A stretch of 20,000 nucleotides of DNA from an uncultured virus (IMG/VR IMGVR_UViG_3300032167_006623) (Duplodnaviria; Heunggongvirae; Uroviricota; Caudoviricetes). The notes beneath the pieces were generated by a model, which did not search any database, had not been told where the DNA came from, and saw only the letters and a list, made by a program, of their open reading frames with translations. Positions 14,894 through 20,000 of the stretch are shown here, piece by piece. The stretch's first letter is position 1, and every line of letters starts with the position of its first letter. The translations under genes were made by a program, and so were the position numbers. Location of the stretch: IMG/VR virus record IMGVR_UViG_3300032167_006623. One strand, 5' to 3'.

Positions 14894-14996
14894 GTAGGTT
14901 CCTGCAGGGATGTTCATACCTACATAAACAAGTTACATTAACATTCTTCGATAGTTAATCCTGAAAGTGAGTTCCTGTCTGGCGATTCATACTCAC
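14894..14996 (+). ncRNA. Two covarying 30-nt stem-loops in the ssb leader
   Basis: GTAGGT-TCCTG-N8-TTCAT-ACCTAC and GTGAGT-TCCTG-N8-TTCAT-ACTCAC. Confidence 0.5.
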
Positions 14997-15089
14997 ACAC
15001 AAAAGAGTAAGCTATCATGTACGTCATAAACATAGGGCGGTGTTACATGCCGCCCAAAAATTAAAAACAATTTTTTGGAGGTAATCTAT

Positions 15090-15512
15090 ATGAACATGAA
15101 CAACTTTTCCGTACTCAGAGGACGTCTTACTGCTGACCCTGCAATCTTTAACAACAAAGATGGCTCCAGCAAGGTAAAGTTCACCATCGCTTGTGAAAAC
15201 AACTATAAGAACAAGGAAGGTAAGCGCGACGTTCAGATGATTCCCGTTGAAGCTTTTGTTAAGGCTGATTACGACAAGTCTCCTTTCGCAAAGATTCACA
15301 AGGGCGACAAGGTAAGCGTTGAGTGTTCGCTCAGAACAAACAACTATGAGAAGGACGGTCAGATGGTTTACTCCACTGTAGTCTTCGTTGAAGGCATTCA
15401 GTTCGAGGAAAGCAAGTCCGTTACTGATGCACGTCTTGCGGCAAGAGACGCAGACGCTGCAACAGCTGCTGCTGCAACAATTGCAGAAGCTCCTGCTGAG
15501 GCTCAGGCATAA
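15090..15512 (+). CDS. ssb: Single-stranded DNA-binding protein lacking the canonical acidic tip
   Basis: N...LRGRLTADP, KFTIA, KGDKVSVE..LRTNNYEKDG OB-fold motifs; GGAGG RBS. Confidence 0.9.
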   Translation: MNMNNFSVLRGRLTADPAIFNNKDGSSKVKFTIACENNYKNKEGKRDVQMIPVEAFVKADYDKSPFAKIHKGDKVSVECSLRTNNYEKDGQMVYSTVVFVEGIQFEESKSVTDARLAARDADAATAAAATIAEAPAEAQA

Positions 15513-15539
15513 GCCTGACCTCGCAGTCACATAATAACA

Positions 15540-15571
15540 AAAGCCAAGGCTTCGGCCTTGGCTTTTTTTTT
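15540..15571 (+). terminator. Intrinsic terminator
   Basis: AGCCAAGGC ttcg GCCTTGGCT TTTTTTTT. Confidence 0.9.
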
Positions 15572-15592
15572 CAACAGCTCGCAAGCTCGCAG

Positions 15593-15626
15593 TATCGCTT
15601 CGCAGCGATACGGAATTTCAATAAAA
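15593..15626 (+). promoter_or_regulatory. Hairpin-CGG-N7-ATAAAA element
   Basis: TATCGCT tcgc AGCGATA CGG AATTTCA ATAAAA. Confidence 0.75.
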
Positions 15627-15655
15627 TATTGAAATAAAAAAAGGAGAAATGTATT

Positions 15656-16033
15656 ATGTCAACAATAACAGGTTTTATAGGGATAACCGATATAGGAGCC
15701 ATTTTTGTAAACTTGGAACACACCATTTCTGTCTCTGATAATGGAACAACACAAGAACATATTGATGAATTATTTGAAATATGTCAAGAAATATGTGAAG
15801 ACGAAGTTGAAACCATTTACTGTATATTTGACAGTAAAATCGACCTTGACACATGTGAAATCATAATATCTGACGGTTCATATGAAAATGGAACAGAACG
15901 GATAAACGACAATGCTATGTATGTTTACAGTGAAGAATATGCTGATTTCATAGCAAGTGTATCCGCAACTCTTGAAAATGGAGAAGAATTCTTCAAAGAT
16001 TTGAATGAAAATTACTTATCCTTTGACTATTGA
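15656..16033 (+). CDS. Highly acidic protein (DNA-mimic candidate)
   Basis: Very D/E-rich with almost no K/R; AAGGAG RBS. Confidence 0.8.
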   Translation: MSTITGFIGITDIGAIFVNLEHTISVSDNGTTQEHIDELFEICQEICEDEVETIYCIFDSKIDLDTCEIIISDGSYENGTERINDNAMYVYSEEYADFIASVSATLENGEEFFKDLNENYLSFDY

Positions 16034-16201
16034 TTCTGCTATCAATCAATTTTTGACAAATCAGACACGTTTCGTGTCTGATTTTGTTTTCTTATTCTCA
16101 GATTAAAATGTAGTTGCAATCTTCAAGGGGATGGGGCGGTCTCATCGCCGCAGTTGTAATGAGCTACCGAGTACCTCATTACAACAATAGCTTCCGTTTT
16201 C

Positions 16202-16230
16202 TTGACGTGCCTCATAATCTGATATATACT
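16202..16230 (+). promoter_or_regulatory. Possible sigma-A promoter
   Basis: TTGACG-N17-TATACT. Confidence 0.5.
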
Positions 16231-16317
16231 CAAAACAGCAACATTTGTTTCTGTTACTATATATAACCTACACGTCCCTGTAAATAATGATTTACAGGGA
16301 GAAGACCTTAAACCTAA

Positions 16318-16352
16318 TCTGACCTGTTCGGTCAGACGGTTTTTCAATAAAA
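16318..16352 (+). promoter_or_regulatory. Hairpin-CGG-N7-ATAAAA element
   Basis: TCTGACC tgttc GGTCAGA CGG TTTTTCA ATAAAA. Confidence 0.75.
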
Positions 16353-16373
16353 CTTGAAAGGATATGTTGATTT

Positions 16374-16658
16374 ATGAAAGAACCCGGATTTGTCAAAGAA
16401 GCTCGTGAATATGGTATGTCAGAAAGAGACATTGATTTCTTGAAATCAGTATACGAGCGTCATAAGAAAATAAACTCAGATGATAATGACTGTGAGCGAT
16501 TTTGCAAAACAGCAATACAAGAGGATATTCATCCTGATGATATTGCTCCAGCTGTTGCTTTGATTGAAAAACACCGTCATGCTTCTCGTAATAACGATAA
16601 GTCTTTTGATATCAATGACCTAAAGAAGCAGTTGCAGAAAGACTCTGCGACAAAATAA
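16374..16658 (+). CDS. Hypothetical protein
   Basis: GAAAGGA RBS. Confidence 0.75.
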   Translation: MKEPGFVKEAREYGMSERDIDFLKSVYERHKKINSDDNDCERFCKTAIQEDIHPDDIAPAVALIEKHRHASRNNDKSFDINDLKKQLQKDSATK

Positions 16659-16687
16659 TAATAAAACACTGAAAGGAAATGATTATT

Positions 16688-17011
16688 ATGCCAATAATAA
16701 GAAAATGTATTCATCTCTCAAGTGATGAAAAAGTAATGCTTACAAAAGCCGTAACGAACATTATTGATGAGTGTCTCATTGGAACAGATAGTGACATGTA
16801 TGATATTTACAGACATATCATTGTTAAGCTTGATGCGCTCACAATCAAACCTGCCCGTATACCGGGTCATATTGAAGAGCATTATTCTCTGGACATTGTT
16901 GGCGGTGAATACGACAGCTGTCTTTTTGCACTCAGCAATTTTGCTGACAACACAGACATGCTTCAGACTAAAATTCGCAATGCACCGAATGTTTGCGAAA
17001 AATATATCTGA
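16688..17011 (+). CDS. Hypothetical protein
   Basis: GAAAGGA RBS; terminator at about 17038-17072. Confidence 0.75.
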   Translation: MPIIRKCIHLSSDEKVMLTKAVTNIIDECLIGTDSDMYDIYRHIIVKLDALTIKPARIPGHIEEHYSLDIVGGEYDSCLFALSNFADNTDMLQTKIRNAPNVCEKYI

Positions 17012-17264
17012 CTTTTTAAGTAACCTATATGTAAATAAAAATCAGCTGCTCACGCAGCTGATTTTTCTTTTTGATAACTGTGAAACCATAGCAAGTCTTT
17101 CAGACTATTGCAGCTTTGCTGCAGTATAATTTGTCTCCGTGCGGAGCTTCCCGGTCACAGACCAGTTCAGCACCGCCATTCCGCCAAATTATATCCACAG
17201 CTTTATAAAACTTATTATGTGACAAGAACCAATCCAATCAGAAACGTTGTTTCAATACCCAATA

Positions 17265-17298
17265 ACGAGCCTGACGGCTCGTCGGGTATCAAATAAAA
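17265..17298 (+). promoter_or_regulatory. Hairpin-CGG-N7-ATAAAA element
   Basis: ACGAGCC tgac GGCTCGT CGG GTATCAA ATAAAA. Confidence 0.75.
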
Positions 17299-17330
17299 AG
17301 CTTATTTGCTTAAATCGGAGGAAATGTAAT

Positions 17331-17537
17331 ATGTTTATTATCAACTTAATCAAAGCATTGGTTATCGGTATTCATGATGAAATGAAATGGAATGGTCAGA
17401 ACCTCAAGAATGCTATTCTTGAAGAATACTACATGATTAAAAATGTAATGGGTCTTGACCTTTACGTTAAATACATGAATGGCACTGCTGTTGAAGGCGT
17501 TGACTATTTTGAAAATATCGACCATGTTTGCTGTTAA
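17331..17537 (+). CDS. Hypothetical protein
   Basis: GGAGG RBS; terminator follows. Confidence 0.75.
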   Translation: MFIINLIKALVIGIHDEMKWNGQNLKNAILEEYYMIKNVMGLDLYVKYMNGTAVEGVDYFENIDHVCC

Positions 17538-17750
17538 TGATGAACCCGGACGCATTTGCGTCTGGGTTTTTCTTTTTCTTGACCCGTAATTTAATATCTC
17601 GTGACTATCTCGTGAAATCAACACGATATTCACAAAATAAGCAAAAGATATCAAATTTCATTTTTATATGAATAACGTTTTGTTCTAATACAATAATACA
17701 AGTCCTTTTGGGGACTTATTCTTTTGTATTAAAATTGCAATTCTTGCAAA

Positions 17751-17783
17751 ATGCCCCTGCGGGGCATCGGATTTGCAATAAAA
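17751..17783 (+). promoter_or_regulatory. Hairpin-CGG-N7-ATAAAA element
   Basis: ATGCCCC tgc GGGGCAT CGG ATTTGCA ATAAAA. Confidence 0.75.
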
Positions 17784-17811
17784 ATTCTATATTGAAAGGA
17801 AAAGAGAATAA

Positions 17812-18054
17812 ATGTTACAGGAATACGCTGAAATCAGAAACAGAATAGGGGAGCCACGTTATAATGAAATAACTGCATTTCTTGACGCCAATCCTGAATT
17901 TGATTTATCCGATGTATACTACAATCCATATGTTCACGCCATGAGTGTTCAGTGGGCAAGAAATACATTCGGAAAAACAGTATACGACGAGACTGACAAC
18001 GGTCTCTACAAATTCGATATCGTTGCTGACGACGGCGACGACTTACCGTTTTGA
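17812..18054 (+). CDS. Small protein with an SSB-like C-terminal tip (DDGDDLPF)
   Basis: Paralog of 18070-18312 with an added acidic tail. Confidence 0.8.
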   Translation: MLQEYAEIRNRIGEPRYNEITAFLDANPEFDLSDVYYNPYVHAMSVQWARNTFGKTVYDETDNGLYKFDIVADDGDDLPF

Positions 18055-18069
18055 AAGGAGAAATAAACA

Positions 18070-18312
18070 ATGACTGTTATCAACGCTTATGAAAATATCA
18101 AAAACGAAATCGGACAGAACCGATTAAATGAAATGTGGGCTTATCTTCATGCTAACCCAAATCGTATGTTTTCTGATATTTTCTATAACAAAGAAATCCA
18201 TGCAGAAAGCATCCAGTGGGCTAAGGATACACTTGGTTTCACATATGCTTCCGATGATGAATTTGAAATCATCTCCGCCGAACTTGCAAAGGTCAACGAA
18301 ATATGTGCTTGA
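18070..18312 (+). CDS. Small protein (paralog of 17812-18054)
   Basis: Y..I.N.IG..R.NE...L.ANP....SD..YN...HA.S.QWA..T.G shared. Confidence 0.8.
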   Translation: MTVINAYENIKNEIGQNRLNEMWAYLHANPNRMFSDIFYNKEIHAESIQWAKDTLGFTYASDDEFEIISAELAKVNEICA

Positions 18313-18328
18313 GAAAGGAATAATATTT

Positions 18329-18703
18329 ATGAAAAAATATGAACTTGTTGAAACATTTACTTTTGTACTTTATGACAACGTGTCTGTAACAAAGTCTACC
18401 AAAACTGCTGACCTCGGTAGAATGGTACCAAAACATTTTATTGTACCATGCAATGACCCTGAAAACAAATATTCAAACGGAGAATACACAGATGGTTACT
18501 CCGATGGTACACATAGCGAATATTGCTTCTGTTTTGATAATCTGCTTGATTGTTACACACATTGTCAATTTGATAAGACCAGATGGTCTGAAATCAATAT
18601 CGACAAACTTGATGAAGCAGACAAACTTCTTGCACAGCAGATACTCAATAAGATTGCTGAATCAAATGATTGTTTTCCACAGCAGTTGTCCAAGACCATC
18701 TAA
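18329..18703 (+). CDS. Hypothetical protein
   Basis: GAAAGGA RBS. Confidence 0.75.
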   Translation: MKKYELVETFTFVLYDNVSVTKSTKTADLGRMVPKHFIVPCNDPENKYSNGEYTDGYSDGTHSEYCFCFDNLLDCYTHCQFDKTRWSEINIDKLDEADKLLAQQILNKIAESNDCFPQQLSKTI

Positions 18704-18889
18704 ACCTCATATTCCGATTTAAGCCATCAGCTTAAGTCGGAATTTTTTCTGCTTTTAACAAAGCAGCGGGTTGTGTACAAAGGATAAGAAATACGCCAAC
18801 ACATTCTCACAAAAGGTCTCAACCTACGGGTTGAGATTTTTTTATTTATAATACGACAACATTTATTGCTATTTTCGATTTCTAAGATA

Positions 18890-19091
18890 ACGCTCCTTAC
18901 GGAGCGTCGGGATTCCAATAAAGAAACCCAATAGCAAGTTCACAGATGCTGTAAACGATGTTGTCATCAGAACTTGTCTTGATTTCTTGAAATTTGCTCT
19001 CGGGGAGCAAACAGAGTTCCAATAAACGAGTCTGAAAGGCTTGTTACTTACAAACCCATCTGTCAGCTGAAAAGACGTTAAAACAGAGAAA
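18890..19091 (+). promoter_or_regulatory. Two hairpin elements plus GTCAGCTG leader
   Basis: ACGCTCC ttac GGAGCGT CGG GATTCCA ATAAAG (18890); TTTGCTC tcggg GAGCAAA CAG AGTTCCA ATAAAC (18993); leader at 19062. Confidence 0.7.
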
Positions 19092-19104
19092 AAGGAGAAT
19101 GTAT

Positions 19105-19254
19105 ATGAATAACACAACAATCAACACTAATGAAGTAGCAGTAAACGAAACTCAGCTTCAGCTTTTCCAGTTCATTCTTACCAATGGTCTCATTGTAACC
19201 ATTCCTGCATCCAGCTATATGGAAGCTGTAAGAATTGCTCGTGAAGAATACTAA
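19105..19254 (+). CDS. Small protein (49 aa; not in ORF track)
   Basis: MNNTTINTNEVAVNETQLQLFQFILTNGLIVTIPASSYMEAVRIAREEY; AAAGGAG RBS; terminator at about 19262-19306. Confidence 0.75.
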   Translation: MNNTTINTNEVAVNETQLQLFQFILTNGLIVTIPASSYMEAVRIAREEY

Positions 19255-19307
19255 TAACACCAACCTCAGTTCAGGATTAACCGCTTGAGCTGAGGTTATT
19301 TTTTTTA

Positions 19308-19549
19308 CTGTAACAAAATTGTTACAATTTTGGTGCAATTTTTGCACACTAATGATTTGAACGCGTGTACCAATTTTGTTACAATTTTGTACCAATTTTG
19401 ACTGTTCCAAAATTGTTACTTTTTTGGTGCAATATTGTAACAATAAAGTTACTATTTCGGTGCATTTTTTGTAACAATTTTGTACCACGGAAAATCCGCT
19501 GTATCAATTTTGTTACAAAAATGGGTATCTTTTTGTTACAATTTTTACA
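19308..19549. repeat. TTGTWACAA repeat array 3
   Basis: Core TTGTTACAAAAATGGGTATCTTTTTGTTACAA at 19510-19541 plus many further units. Confidence 0.85.
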
Positions 19550-19643
19550 CAGCATTTTATGAGGAACAGGTTGTGTAAAGACTGATTTTCAATCACAAAT
19601 CGGAACTTGAACTGAAAATCATATCCCAAATGACCAACCCCTT

Positions 19644-19935
19644 GTGTGACACGCAGAAAAATATCTGCAACAAAATTTGTCACACGGGGATTATTTTTTT
19701 ACCGCAAAGCCTTATTATGAAGCTGACATTTTGTGACACATTAGCTTTGCATCAGGATATGGAATCCGCCCCTGCGGGGGCAAGGGAACACGGCTGATAT
19801 ATGAAATATCAGGCTCAATATCTGCCTGTCAGGAAATACCAAACCAAGCAGGCAGACAAGCCAAAACGGCATACAAATTATGACGCAAAGAGCCGTTTTT
19901 GCAAAAAGTTGACTTTTACAACCGTGTGACACGCA
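19644..19935. repeat. GTGACA(C) repeats and inverted repeats in a gene-free, origin-like region
   Basis: GTGTGACACGCA at 19644 and 19924, TGTGACAC at 19732, inverted TGTCACAC at 19678. Confidence 0.55.
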
Positions 19936-20000
19936 CTATGAAAAAGGTTGACTTTTTGCTTATTTTAAGCCACGTATTTACGTCGTTTAAAGCACCAAGG

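Noticed and set aside
537..19027. Hairpin elements as ordinary intrinsic terminators
   Set aside because: No U tract is adjacent to the stem on either strand, there is a fixed CGG-N7-ATAAAA tail, and separate canonical terminators usually lie just upstream.
537..19027. Classical integron attC cassette array
   Set aside because: No RYYYAAC/GTTRRRY cores, hairpins are far shorter than attC, and no integrase is present. A non-classical recombination role is not excluded.

Overview
Low-GC, Clostridia-like (probably Oscillospiraceae/Lachnospiraceae) accessory DNA that reads as the early-gene or leading region of a large plasmid-like or phage-like element. About 40 short genes all lie on the + strand. 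Recognisable products are two HIRAN-domain proteins, a pSK1-Par-like HTH/coiled-coil protein, DUF6075, a macrodomain, a SLOG protein, RNase HI, NADAR and an SSB. A partial divergent ParR-like gene sits at the left edge. The most striking structure is non-coding: (i) 29 co-oriented copies of a short DNA hairpin of variable stem sequence followed by CGG-N7-ATAAAA, in front of almost every transcription unit, a candidate hairpin/ssDNA promoter class; (ii) a six-copy 30-nt leader motif abutting RBSs; (iii) an ncRNA cluster at 3.66-4.39 kb with two covarying ~190-nt repeats and a tRNA-like RNA whose anticodon loop is replaced by a second T-arm/D-arm module; (iv) three TTGTWACAA centromere-like arrays and intragenic ATACGGA iterons; (v) candidate anti-Shine-Dalgarno sRNAs. 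No relaxase, rep, integrase or virion genes are visible, so the element type is inferred. Family calls come from motif recognition, not database searches.
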